A stretch of 64,000 bases of DNA from Anaerolineae bacterium (GTDB lineage Bacteria > Chloroflexota > Anaerolineae > Anaerolineales > UBA4823). The notes beneath the pieces were generated by a model. The model made no database searches. It was not told the origin of the DNA and saw only the letters and a list, made by a program, of their open reading frames with translations. Every line of letters starts with the position of its first letter. Positions within the stretch are counted from its first letter, which is position 1. Location of the stretch: contig JBFYSV010000347.1 in NCBI GenBank assembly GCA_041301185.1, positions 1,697-65,696 of the forward strand, in the 5' to 3' direction. Position numbers and translations under genes: made by a program. Of the stretch, positions 1 through 9,050 are shown piece after piece.

Positions 1-248
1 CGCCCCGATTCATGTACACAGCCCATCTCGAGATTCGTTACCGGAAAAACGTCCCGGTTGGACAGCCATTGAGAATAGTTGGCACTGTAGTGAAGAGCAA
101 ATTCCGCGCAGGCACCTCAACTGGAGTGGTTTACGGTCCAGATGGCAGCGTGCTGGCAGAAGCAAACGCGTTATTGGTGGATGTCCCGGATGATTACTTG
201 AATGGAGTCAATTTGGATGCAATAGGATGGAAAGTATATGAAGAATAA
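1..248 (+). CDS. Hotdog-fold (PaaI-like) thioesterase, C-terminal part; 5' end lies outside the window
   Basis: ORF is open to the window edge. The product YTAHLEIRYRKNVPVGQPLRIVGTVV...GVVYGPDGSVLAEANALLV has the pattern of a hotdog thioesterase core. Confidence 0.55.
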   Translation, partial: PRFMYTAHLEIRYRKNVPVGQPLRIVGTVVKSKFRAGTSTGVVYGPDGSVLAEANALLVDVPDDYLNGVNLDAIGWKVYEE

Positions 249-266
249 GGCATGGAGTAAGCGCCA

Positions 267-1034
267 ATGATTGTTGAATACCATCGACCAGATAATCTAC
301 CAGAGGCAATCCGGTTACTTAACCGGAAAGAGATCAAAACCGTGCTGTTAGGGGGTGGCTCAGTGATCAATGCCCCTTCCATCGAGAGATTCGCTGTGGT
401 AGATCTGCAAGATCTGGGTCTCAATCAAATCCAGGTAAAAGATAACTTTCTGATCGTAGGGGCAACAGCGACATTACAAAACCTTTTAGACTCGCCGGAA
501 TTACCGGAAAATCTACCCGCTGTTATCCGGCACGAGGCAGCCTACAACCTGCGCCAGGTGGCAACCGTTGCCGGCGCGCTGGTTTCCGCAGACGGGCGGT
601 CTCCATTCGCGACTGCTCTTCTGGCGTTGGATGCACAGGTCACATTAGCGCCTGAAAATATGCAGGTTGGGTTAGGGGACATCTTTCTCCAACGAACTCA
701 GGGTTTACACGGAAGGATAATCACCACGATCCACATCCTCCGCAATGCCCGCTTGAGTTATGAGTATGTTGCCCGTACCCCTGCAGACCTACCTATTGTG
801 TGTATTGCCGCAGCAGCCTGGCCATCTGGCAGGGTGCGCGTGGTGGCCGGAGGATATGGGGATGCCCCTGCCCTTGTGTTGGACGGACCCGAAGCGGGCG
901 GGGTGGAGCTTGCAGCGCGAGATGCTTATCACGATGCAGGTGATCAATGGGCTAGCTCTGATTACCGGCGTGAGGTGGCTGGAGTGCTGGCACAGCGCTG
1001 TATCAAATCTTTGTTTGCTGGAGCAGATAACTAG
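267..1034 (+). CDS. FAD-binding (medium) subunit of a molybdenum hydroxylase, CoxM/YgfM-like
   Basis: 255 aa. N-terminus YHRPDNLPEAIRLL...LLGGGSVI and AAYNLRQVATVAGAL are typical of the FAD_binding_5 domain of the xanthine dehydrogenase family. GGAG lies upstream of the ATG. Confidence 0.85.
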   Translation: MIVEYHRPDNLPEAIRLLNRKEIKTVLLGGGSVINAPSIERFAVVDLQDLGLNQIQVKDNFLIVGATATLQNLLDSPELPENLPAVIRHEAAYNLRQVATVAGALVSADGRSPFATALLALDAQVTLAPENMQVGLGDIFLQRTQGLHGRIITTIHILRNARLSYEYVARTPADLPIVCIAAAAWPSGRVRVVAGGYGDAPALVLDGPEAGGVELAARDAYHDAGDQWASSDYRREVAGVLAQRCIKSLFAGADN

Positions 1035-1129
1035 GGGTAGAGATTTCGCAATACTACGATTGTGGGTAAAGTCACTGGACTTACCAAAAGGCAGCTAATC
1101 AATCGTGCCAACAACTCCTTCAATCTTAG

Positions 1130-2422
1130 TTATTGATCACTGTCATTATTGCTGGACCTATGGACTGAAACCAGTGTCAGGTCGTCTTCTTGCTCCCAAT
1201 CAGTACCGGTAAACTTGACCAGTGACGATAGGATATGGGAAACCAAATTCGTTTTCGGAATGGGTGATGTTAATATCTGCAACACTCTGGGAGTCCCTAG
1301 GATTTGTCCCTGGATGTCGTGGGCTTCTAACAGACCGTCGCTGAAAAGGACGACGATTTCCCCAGGTTCGATACAAGTCTCTTTATCTTCATAAATCATA
1401 CCGGGCAGGAGGCCGAGCGGCATACCTGTTGCTCGCAACTCAAGAGCCTTGGATGCGGTAACATGAATAGGCAGACAGTGACCGGCATTCGCAAATTGGA
1501 ACGATCCGTTCTCTGGATTCATCAGAGCCAGTATGCAGGTGACAAACATACCGGTGGGCATTTGTTGGCAAAGGAGGTCATTTGCCAGTGATAATGCTTC
1601 GCTAGGTGTGAGCCCTTGGTCCCCATCCATCCCAGCCATGATCGCGCGTAGAATAGAGCAAGTTGTTGCCATTACCAGGGCAGCTGGAATGCCTTTTCCG
1701 GTGGCATCCCCGATAATTATCCCGATCTTACCATCCTGAAATAGGATGTAATCGTAAAAATCACCGCCCACGGTGTGTGCCGGTTGCCAGTGGGCTGTAA
1801 TTTGCCAACCCGGTAGGGCAGGTGTCCCTTTAGGTAGGATACCCTGTTGGATCCTCTGAGCTAGCTCCAGTTCATGCTCGATTCGTTCCTTTTGAATTAA
1901 TTTCTCTTGTATCAATTTCAAGTTTTCATAAGCAATAACCAATTGCTGATTTTTTTCTTTTAACTCGGCAATAATTTCCTGTTCTGCATTGCTCCAGCGG
2001 ATTGTCATCTCCTTCATGACGTGATAACCCAGGTGGGGCTGCCGAAGAATAAGAGCTTCGAAATGGCTGTGGAGCATCTCTAAGAGCACCACTTCCGTTA
2101 TTGTTCGGGCGCTTGCATACCGTAAGCGGTTTGGAATAAGCAGACTCGACTCTCCAAAGATATCGACTGGCTTCAAGGACGACAGGCGGCGCTCCTCGTC
2201 TGTGCCCATTGATTTTACGATCTCGACTTCGCCCATGACCAGGATTGATAATCGATCTGCAATATCCCCTTCGTGAAACAGGACGGTTCCAGAGGGGAAA
2301 CGGCGAACCTGGAGTGTCTGAATAAGCGCTCCGATCTCCTCCTGGGGAAGATCTTTAATAAATGGCACCTGCTCTACCAACTGTTGAACAGTTACCTGTT
2401 CAATTTCCATCAAATCACCCAT
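1130..2422 (-). CDS. Cyclic-nucleotide-binding domain + coiled coil + PP2C/SpoIIE-type protein phosphatase
   Basis: 430 aa. N-terminal cNMP-binding pattern (FPSGTVLFHEGDIADRLSILVMGEVEI...FGESSLL), a central heptad-like segment, and C-terminal SpoIIE motifs (GGDFYDY, IGDATGKGIPAAL, NAGH, FSDGLLE). Confidence 0.85.
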   Translation of the reverse strand: MGDLMEIEQVTVQQLVEQVPFIKDLPQEEIGALIQTLQVRRFPSGTVLFHEGDIADRLSILVMGEVEIVKSMGTDEERRLSSLKPVDIFGESSLLIPNRLRYASARTITEVVLLEMLHSHFEALILRQPHLGYHVMKEMTIRWSNAEQEIIAELKEKNQQLVIAYENLKLIQEKLIQKERIEHELELAQRIQQGILPKGTPALPGWQITAHWQPAHTVGGDFYDYILFQDGKIGIIIGDATGKGIPAALVMATTCSILRAIMAGMDGDQGLTPSEALSLANDLLCQQMPTGMFVTCILALMNPENGSFQFANAGHCLPIHVTASKALELRATGMPLGLLPGMIYEDKETCIEPGEIVVLFSDGLLEAHDIQGQILGTPRVLQILTSPIPKTNLVSHILSSLVKFTGTDWEQEDDLTLVSVHRSSNNDSDQ

Positions 2423-2504
2423 GCGTCAATTATAGACTATAATAGTCTTATTTCCGGTGGAATATTTGGGGTGTCTGGAAATTACCGTGGTAGGGCGGTT
2501 CTGT

Positions 2505-2541
2505 GGGGGTGTTTTGCGGGCGAAGCCCGCAAAATACCCCC
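2505..2541. other. 17-bp stem / GAA-loop hairpin in the divergent phosphatase / methyltransferase intergenic region
   Basis: GGGGGTGTTTTGCGGGC-GAA-GCCCGCAAAATACCCCC (one G-T pair), followed by a second hairpin TGCCGTT-TGC-AACGGCA at 2547-2563. No U-tract on either strand. Confidence 0.6.
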
Positions 2542-2677
2542 ACATCTGCCGTTTGCAACGGCAAGTCCCAATGTCCCATATTTGGAATTACACAGTTGGT
2601 AGGAGGTCAGGTTTATCCCACAAAATGGTTTACAATTAGGTCAGGTTTTGCACACCAGATCGCTATTCAGGTATTGC

Positions 2678-3763
2678 ATGATGACCAGCACAGAGCTGCC
2701 CATCGACAAGATCATCATTGGGAATTGCATTGAAGTGCTTGAGGCCTTACCGCAGGGCTCGGTTGATTTGATCTTTGCTGATCCACCCTATAACCTGCAA
2801 TTAGAAAACGAGCTTTTCCGCCCTAATCGTACTCGGGTAAATGGGGTGGATGATCTCTGGGATAAGTTCAAAAGTTTTGAAGAGTATGATCGCTTTACCC
2901 GCGCCTGGCTTGAAGCCTGTCGGCGGGTATTAAAAGACACTGGCACTATCTGGGTGATAGGCACTTACCATAATATCTACCGGGTAGGTGCCATCCTGCA
3001 AGATTTGAGGTATTGGATCCTGAATGACGTGGTTTGGGTGAAGACAAACCCAATGCCAAATTTCAAGGGGGTGCGTTTTACGAATGCTCAGGAAACTCTA
3101 ATCTGGGCACAAAAACACCGCGGAGCACAATATACGTTTAACCACCACGCAGTCAAAGCCCTGAACGATGATTTGCAGATGCGCAGCGACTGGCATCTGC
3201 CGCTATGTACCGGGAAAGAGCGTATCAAAGTCAATGGCAGCAAAGCTCACGCAACCCAGAAACCGGAATCACTGCTTTACCGGGTGATCTTATCTAGCTC
3301 CAACCGAGACGATATAATTTTGGACCCCTTTTTTGGAACCGGGACCACCGGCGCGGTTGCCAAGAAGCTGAAACGACACTGGATCGGGATTGAAGAGCAC
3401 AAAGCTTATATTGATATTGCCCAGGAAAGAATTGATCATATCCAGGTGAACGACGATGAAGCGATAAATTTTGTTTTCGAGACCAAGCCGCGCCAGTCCA
3501 GGGTGCCTTTTGGGGCTCTCCTGGAGTATGGGTTATTGATGCCGGGGCAAGTCCTTTACTTTAATCAGCGCGAGGACTCGCCTGCAGTGATATTGTCCAG
3601 CGGTCACATCCGGTATCAGGAGATCACCGGATCGATACACCAGGTTGGCAGGACTATTTTGAACGCTCCGTGCAACGGCTGGCAGCACTGGTATTACCAG
3701 GATGTGTCCAGCGGGCAAATGGTGGTGATTGATCACTTGCGCCAGGGATTGGTAAGTGGATAA
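2678..3763 (+). CDS. Beta-class N6-adenine DNA methyltransferase, CcrM/M.HinfI family, with a CcrM-like C-terminal extension; no partner endonuclease seen
   Basis: Motif IV IFADPPYN precedes motif I LDPFFGTGTTG. NPMPNFKG and AHATQKPESLLYRVI are family signatures. The C-terminal RVPFGALLEYGLL...GSIHQVG...NGWQHWYY resembles the CcrM C-terminal domain. The ORF opens at TTG 2648, but ATG 2678/2681 is the likelier start. Confidence 0.9.
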   Translation: MMTSTELPIDKIIIGNCIEVLEALPQGSVDLIFADPPYNLQLENELFRPNRTRVNGVDDLWDKFKSFEEYDRFTRAWLEACRRVLKDTGTIWVIGTYHNIYRVGAILQDLRYWILNDVVWVKTNPMPNFKGVRFTNAQETLIWAQKHRGAQYTFNHHAVKALNDDLQMRSDWHLPLCTGKERIKVNGSKAHATQKPESLLYRVILSSSNRDDIILDPFFGTGTTGAVAKKLKRHWIGIEEHKAYIDIAQERIDHIQVNDDEAINFVFETKPRQSRVPFGALLEYGLLMPGQVLYFNQREDSPAVILSSGHIRYQEITGSIHQVGRTILNAPCNGWQHWYYQDVSSGQMVVIDHLRQGLVSG

Positions 3764-3799
3764 TTATTGCCGGAGCATCGGGATGGGAGGGATTGTTTT

Positions 3800-6700
3800 A
3801 TGGAATTGACTCTAACTATTAACCAGGCTGTGGCCCAAGTTGATGTATGTCCTGGAGAAAGCTTGTTACAGGTATTACGAGGCCTGGGTTATTTTGGAGT
3901 TAAACATGGTTGTGAAACGGGAGATTGTGGCGCTTGCACCGTACTGTTGGATGGAAAACCCGTCAATTCCTGCGTCTTTCTGGCAGCTCAAGCGGAGGGA
4001 CACACGATCGAGACCATTGAGTCGATCGGTCAGCATCCGGAACTGGGCTGGAAACCCAGCCAGGGATTACACCCCTTGCAACACGCATTTATCGACACGG
4101 GCGCGATCCAATGCGGCTTTTGTACACCCGCTCAGGTGTTGGTAGCAAAAGAATTGCTGGAGCGCAACCCATCACCCACCGAGAGCGAGGTGCGTGAAGC
4201 ATTATCGGGAGTCTTGTGCCGGTGCACCGGTTACCTTAAACCCGTCCAGGCGGTGCTGAGGGCAGCCGCCATCCTGAGGGGAGAAGATGTTGAACCCATC
4301 GGAAGAGCGGATACGGTCATTCCTGCTCCCAGCGAGTGGCTTTCTCCCAAAACAGCACTGGGTGGAGCGATTGGCGAGCCACCCGCTCCACTCGGTCCTG
4401 CTGAAGAAGTCTTGACCGGCATCCGGGTAATGCCGCAAATCCAGTCGACTCCCGAAACACAGCCTTATCAACGAGTGGGAAAGCCGGAAAGAAAGGTGGA
4501 TGCAGTTAAGCTGGTTCAAGGAAAGCCGGCTTTTGCGGCTGATTTCGAGCAGCGGGGTATGTTGGTTGCTAAGGTATTGCATAGCCCCGTGGCACACGCC
4601 CGGATCAAGCACATAGACACCACCCGGGCTACCCAGCTCCCCGGTGTTGCGGCTGTACTAACCTACAAGGATATCCCCCGGGTGATCTTCTCCACGGCAG
4701 GACAATCGGACCCGATCCCCGGCCCGCTGGATACGTTTTCTTTAGACGAGAAAGTTCGTTTCGTTGGTGACCGGGTGGCTTTTATAGCTGCAGAGACCGC
4801 AGCAATTGCCGAGCAGGCATTGAGCTTGATTGAAGTCGAATACGAAGCCCTGCCCGTTCTGCTTGATCCTGCGCAGGCAATGGAACCCGGTGCTCCCATC
4901 CTGCACGACGAAGCGGAGTACGTCAATTTTGCGGAATCAGATCCTACCCGCAACCTGGCAGCCAAGATCAGGATAGATATCGGAGATGTGGAAAAAGGCT
5001 TTGCCGAAGCAGATTATATTTTCGAAGATGAGTACGAAGTCCCGAAAGTCCAGCAAGCCCATATTGAGCCACACGTCGTTGTCACTTACTGGGACGAGGA
5101 TGATCGCCTTGTTATCCGCACCAGCACCCAGGTTCCTTTCCATGCGCGGAGAATATTGTCACCTGTCTTAAACTTACCGATCAAGCGTATCCGGGTGATC
5201 AAGCCTCGGATAGGTGGCGGCTTCGGAGGCAAACAAGAAATATTAATCGAGGATGTAGCCGCCCATCTGACGATCGCTACCGGACGTCCGGTAATTTTTG
5301 AGTACACCCGGGAAGAAGAGTTCGTTGCAGCTCGCTCGCGGCACCCCATGCGCATCCGGATGAAAACGGGTGTCAAGAAGGATGGCACGCTGACAGCCAA
5401 TGCTATGTATGCTCTGAGCGATACCGGGGCATATGGGTGCCATGCACTCACCGTGACCGGAAACACCGGGCACAAGGCAATGGCGTTGTATGTCGGTGAC
5501 GATCCTTACCGGGAGAAACCCAATATCCAATTTTATGCGGATATCGTCTACACCAACCATCCACCCGCCGGAGCCTATCGGGGATACGGTGTGCCGCAAG
5601 GGTATTGGCCGGTGGAACGGCATATGGAGAAAATTGTCCGCCAATTGGGCCTTGATCCGATCGAATTCCGCCTAAAAAATGCTCTGCGAGCAGGGGAGCA
5701 ACATCCATTCAGCACAGCCTGGAGTGAGGGGCGCGAGCCTCGCCCTGAGACTATTGAAACATGCGGCCTGGCGGAGTGCGCCCGCCAGGGTAAGGCAGCG
5801 ATTGGCTGGGATCAAAAGTACGCCAACCCCGCCTGGCATGAGATCCCTGGCAAGCCTCACCTGCGCAAAGGGATTGGGGTCGCCCTGGTGATGCAGGGCA
5901 CAGCAATTCCCTACCTGGATATGGGTGGTGCCAGCATAAAAATGAACGATGATGGTTCATTCAATTTGCTGGTGGGCGCAACCGATCTTGGGACGGGCTC
6001 AGACACCGTTCTGGCTCAGATGGCAGCCGAGGTGCTTGGCGTGCAGCTGGAAGACATGCTGACCTATTCCTCAGACACGGATTTCACTCCCTTTGATAAG
6101 GGAGCTTATGCTTCCAGCACGACGTATATCTCAGGGGCAGCGGTTGTTAAAGCTGCTGAGCAGGTAGCCGAACGCATCCGGATCAGAGCTGCGCGAATGC
6201 TGAACGAAGCGAATCAAGGTGTTGAAGTTACACCAGACGAGATCCACCTGGTAGACCGTAATGCGGTCAGCCCCGATGGTCGCACGGTGAGCCTGTCCGC
6301 GATTGCCCACAATGCACTGCACCATGTTGACCAGGAGCAAATCATGGCAGTGGCTTCGTATGTGTCGCCGGTTTCTCCGCCTCCTTTTGCAGCCCAGTTT
6401 GCCGAGGTAACCGTTGATAGCGAAACAGGGCAGGTGGTAGTAGACAAACTGGTGATGGCAGTGGACTCGGGTGTAATCGTCAACCCGATCACAGCCTCCG
6501 GGCAGGTGGAAGGCGGTATGGTGCAAGCGTTGGGGTACGCTGTATGCGAGGAGATGCGCTACGACGAGGAGGGACGTGCCCGTGAGCGGGATTTGCGAGA
6601 GTACCATATCTTCCGCTCGAACGAGATGCCTGAGCTAGAGACGATCTTCATCGAGACATTCGAGCCTTCGCATCCTTTCGGGGTAAAGGCAGTGGCAGAG

Positions 6701-6811
6701 ATTCCGATGGATGGTGTAGCCCCGGCGGTCGGAAACGCAATTCTGGATGCGTGTGGGGTCCAGGTGGATGATAATCCGGTCACCCCGGAGAAAATCTGGC
6801 GCGGCATGTAG
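3800..6811 (+). CDS. Fused [2Fe-2S] + molybdopterin-binding subunit of a molybdenum hydroxylase (XdhD / aldehyde oxidoreductase Mop-like architecture)
   Basis: N-terminus has GCETGDCGACTV and QCGFCTP...LCRCTGY (two 2Fe-2S sites). After a linker comes the Moco domain (GGGFGGK, AYRGYG, a MOSC-free large-subunit pattern). GGGAGGG lies upstream of ATG 3800; the ORF track starts at TTG 3767. Confidence 0.9.
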   Translation: MELTLTINQAVAQVDVCPGESLLQVLRGLGYFGVKHGCETGDCGACTVLLDGKPVNSCVFLAAQAEGHTIETIESIGQHPELGWKPSQGLHPLQHAFIDTGAIQCGFCTPAQVLVAKELLERNPSPTESEVREALSGVLCRCTGYLKPVQAVLRAAAILRGEDVEPIGRADTVIPAPSEWLSPKTALGGAIGEPPAPLGPAEEVLTGIRVMPQIQSTPETQPYQRVGKPERKVDAVKLVQGKPAFAADFEQRGMLVAKVLHSPVAHARIKHIDTTRATQLPGVAAVLTYKDIPRVIFSTAGQSDPIPGPLDTFSLDEKVRFVGDRVAFIAAETAAIAEQALSLIEVEYEALPVLLDPAQAMEPGAPILHDEAEYVNFAESDPTRNLAAKIRIDIGDVEKGFAEADYIFEDEYEVPKVQQAHIEPHVVVTYWDEDDRLVIRTSTQVPFHARRILSPVLNLPIKRIRVIKPRIGGGFGGKQEILIEDVAAHLTIATGRPVIFEYTREEEFVAARSRHPMRIRMKTGVKKDGTLTANAMYALSDTGAYGCHALTVTGNTGHKAMALYVGDDPYREKPNIQFYADIVYTNHPPAGAYRGYGVPQGYWPVERHMEKIVRQLGLDPIEFRLKNALRAGEQHPFSTAWSEGREPRPETIETCGLAECARQGKAAIGWDQKYANPAWHEIPGKPHLRKGIGVALVMQGTAIPYLDMGGASIKMNDDGSFNLLVGATDLGTGSDTVLAQMAAEVLGVQLEDMLTYSSDTDFTPFDKGAYASSTTYISGAAVVKAAEQVAERIRIRAARMLNEANQGVEVTPDEIHLVDRNAVSPDGRTVSLSAIAHNALHHVDQEQIMAVASYVSPVSPPPFAAQFAEVTVDSETGQVVVDKLVMAVDSGVIVNPITASGQVEGGMVQALGYAVCEEMRYDEEGRARERDLREYHIFRSNEMPELETIFIETFEPSHPFGVKAVAEIPMDGVAPAVGNAILDACGVQVDDNPVTPEKIWRGM

Positions 6812-6886
6812 CCGAAAAGGACCGGGTGGAACGAGCAGGTGCGTGAACTCGTATAGCATTCTTCGAGCAGGGAGTAGATTTATTTT

Positions 6887-8230
6887 ATGAGTGTGATCTA
6901 TGTAATCGGTCATGTCAATCCAGATACCGATTCTATTGCATCTGCGATGGGTTACGCCTGGTTGCTCCACGAGCGGGATCATGCGGATGTGGTGGCAGCC
7001 CGAGCCGGTCCTACCAACCCACAGACCACCTGGGTTTTGAAGCAGCTTGGATTGGAAGCACCTCTATTACTGAGCGATGCCTCGCCAATATTTGAATCAG
7101 TCACCCGTCGCTTAGATACAGTGCAACCGAGCGATCCGCTACGCGATGCCTGGGCGATCACCAGCCGCACGGAAGGTATTGCGCCTGTTGTGGAGGAGGA
7201 TGGAATTCCGTTCGGCCTGATTACAGGAGCCAGTTTGTTCAACCTGTTTGGAAAGCTGGTTGGACCACATCCCCGCCGGCAAGAGATGCGGATCAGCGAG
7301 ATCCTGGATCTGCCATGTAAAGACGCGACCGATACGAGTACGCCCCGCTTCCAGGTCAAGACCCGGATTCGAGATGTGATCAATCGCATCTTGCGGGATT
7401 TGCACAGCGATTTTCTGATTGTTGATGAAAACGGTTATTATGTCGGTGTGAGCCACCAGAGAGACGTGCTTAACCCGCCCAGATTGAAATTGATCCTGGT
7501 TGATCACAACGAGCCGAGTCAGGCGGTTGGTGCCCTGGATGAAGCCGAGCTGCTTGAAATTTTAGATCATCACCGCCTGGGTAACCCGACCACCCATATC
7601 CCAATCCGGTTTTCGGTAGACGTGGTCGGTAGCACCAGCACCCTGGTCTCTGCGCGAATCGAAGAGGCCGGTCTGAGCGCGCCGCCCGCCCTGGCAGGGA
7701 TGCTTTTAGCGGGTTTGCTCGCAGACACTTTAATCCTGTCTTCCCCGACAACAACAGAACGAGATCGAGTGGCTGCTGAGCGGCTGGGCCGCTGGGCTTT
7801 TGTCCGAAACGGTCCGCTGGCAGGAGAAACGGTGCAATCCTTTGGAAAGAAGGTGCTTGACTCCGGCGCAGGGCTGGCGACCCGTGATCCGCAGATGATT
7901 GTCACTTCTGACCTTAAGCTATATGAAGCAGGGGGGATGGAATTCGCCATTGCACAGGTTGAGGTAACCAGCCTGTTACAGTTGGATGAGCACCTGGAAC
8001 AGCTCAAGCAAGCCCTGGAGCAGCTCCAGCAATCGAGAGGCTTGAGCTTCTCTATGTTGATGGTAACCGACGTTGTCAGCGGCTCCAGCCGGTTATTGAT
8101 CTCCAATGAGCCGCCGGTGCTGGGAGGATTGCCTTACCCGCGCCAACCGGATGGAACCCGCCTGGCAGAAGGGGTGGTCTCACGCAAGAAACAACTTTTG
8201 CCCATCGTGTTGGGACTATTAGAGAGCTGA
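6887..8230 (+). CDS. CBS-domain family II (DHH/DHHA2) inorganic pyrophosphatase
   Basis: DHH motifs GHVNPDTDSIASA, VDHNE and LDHHRLG. A roughly 120-aa insert with CBS-like sequence sits between motifs II and III. A DHHA2-like C-terminus is present. Confidence 0.8.
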   Translation: MSVIYVIGHVNPDTDSIASAMGYAWLLHERDHADVVAARAGPTNPQTTWVLKQLGLEAPLLLSDASPIFESVTRRLDTVQPSDPLRDAWAITSRTEGIAPVVEEDGIPFGLITGASLFNLFGKLVGPHPRRQEMRISEILDLPCKDATDTSTPRFQVKTRIRDVINRILRDLHSDFLIVDENGYYVGVSHQRDVLNPPRLKLILVDHNEPSQAVGALDEAELLEILDHHRLGNPTTHIPIRFSVDVVGSTSTLVSARIEEAGLSAPPALAGMLLAGLLADTLILSSPTTTERDRVAAERLGRWAFVRNGPLAGETVQSFGKKVLDSGAGLATRDPQMIVTSDLKLYEAGGMEFAIAQVEVTSLLQLDEHLEQLKQALEQLQQSRGLSFSMLMVTDVVSGSSRLLISNEPPVLGGLPYPRQPDGTRLAEGVVSRKKQLLPIVLGLLES

Positions 8231-8234
8231 GGTC

Positions 8235-9026
8235 ATGATATACCAGGCGATTGTGGATCTGCAAAATGAAAATGAAGCTGGGGCGTTGTGTACTGTCATT
8301 CGCGCCAGGGGATCCACGCCGCGCGGTGCCGCCTCGAAGATGCTGGTGTATGCGGATGGAAGTGCCCTGGGGACGATTGGTGGCGGGGAGATGGAAAGCC
8401 GGGTGGTAAGCGAGGCTTTGCAGGCAATTCAAGACGGGACGCCGCGCATCCTTGAATACAGTATGGTTGAACCAGGTCGAGGTGATCCGGGTGTGTGTGG
8501 CGGACAACTGGAGGTGTATGTGGAGCCAATCTTGCCTAAACCGGTGGTAGTGATTGTGGGATGCGGGCACGTGGGGAAAGCTGTTGCTCATCTGGCAAAA
8601 TGGCTCGGTTTCCGCGTGCTTGCCAGTGACGACCGACCTGAATTTTGCACTCCTGAGGCGATCCCGGATGCAGACCAATACATCCCGGTATTGATGCAAG
8701 AGTTACCAGAAATGATAAAGGTCAGACCCTGGATGTATTTTGTCTTAACTACCCGAGGTGTGGATATCGATGTGCCCGGGCTGACTGTCTTGCTGGAGAA
8801 AGAGGTGGCTTACATAGGGGTAATCGGCTCGCGGCGCAGGTGGGAGACTACGCGTAAAAAATTGACCGATGCTGGTTTTGCCGACGAAATACTGGACAGG
8901 GTACGCTCGCCGATCGGTTTAGACCTGGGTGGAGAAACCCCGGAAGAAATTGCTCTGAGCATTATGGCTGAGATCCTCCTTTTGCGCCAGAGAAGGACAG
9001 CAAATATATCCAACTCGGCAGGTTGA
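8235..9026 (+). CDS. xdhC: XdhC/CoxI-family molybdenum cofactor insertion chaperone
   Basis: ALCTVIRARGSTPRGAASKMLV...GTIGGGEMES (XdhC N-domain), then a Rossmann-like segment VVVIVGCGHVGKAVA. The start is 4 nt after the previous stop. Confidence 0.85.
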   Translation: MIYQAIVDLQNENEAGALCTVIRARGSTPRGAASKMLVYADGSALGTIGGGEMESRVVSEALQAIQDGTPRILEYSMVEPGRGDPGVCGGQLEVYVEPILPKPVVVIVGCGHVGKAVAHLAKWLGFRVLASDDRPEFCTPEAIPDADQYIPVLMQELPEMIKVRPWMYFVLTTRGVDIDVPGLTVLLEKEVAYIGVIGSRRRWETTRKKLTDAGFADEILDRVRSPIGLDLGGETPEEIALSIMAEILLLRQRRTANISNSAG

Positions 9027-9050
9027 AATCAACAATTAACGGAGTACGAG

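Noticed and set aside
760-1098. A 112-aa alternative-frame ORF overlapping the 3' end of the FAD subunit gene.
   Set aside because: It has no ribosome-binding site and no recognisable motifs. The FAD-subunit frame continues to a normal C-terminus.
2470-2577. A MITE-like insertion flanked by an 8-bp ATATTTGG duplication.
   Set aside because: I found no terminal inverted repeats (GGTGTCTGG vs GGGACATTG), and copy number cannot be assessed from one window. It is kept only as a side note in the finding on this region.
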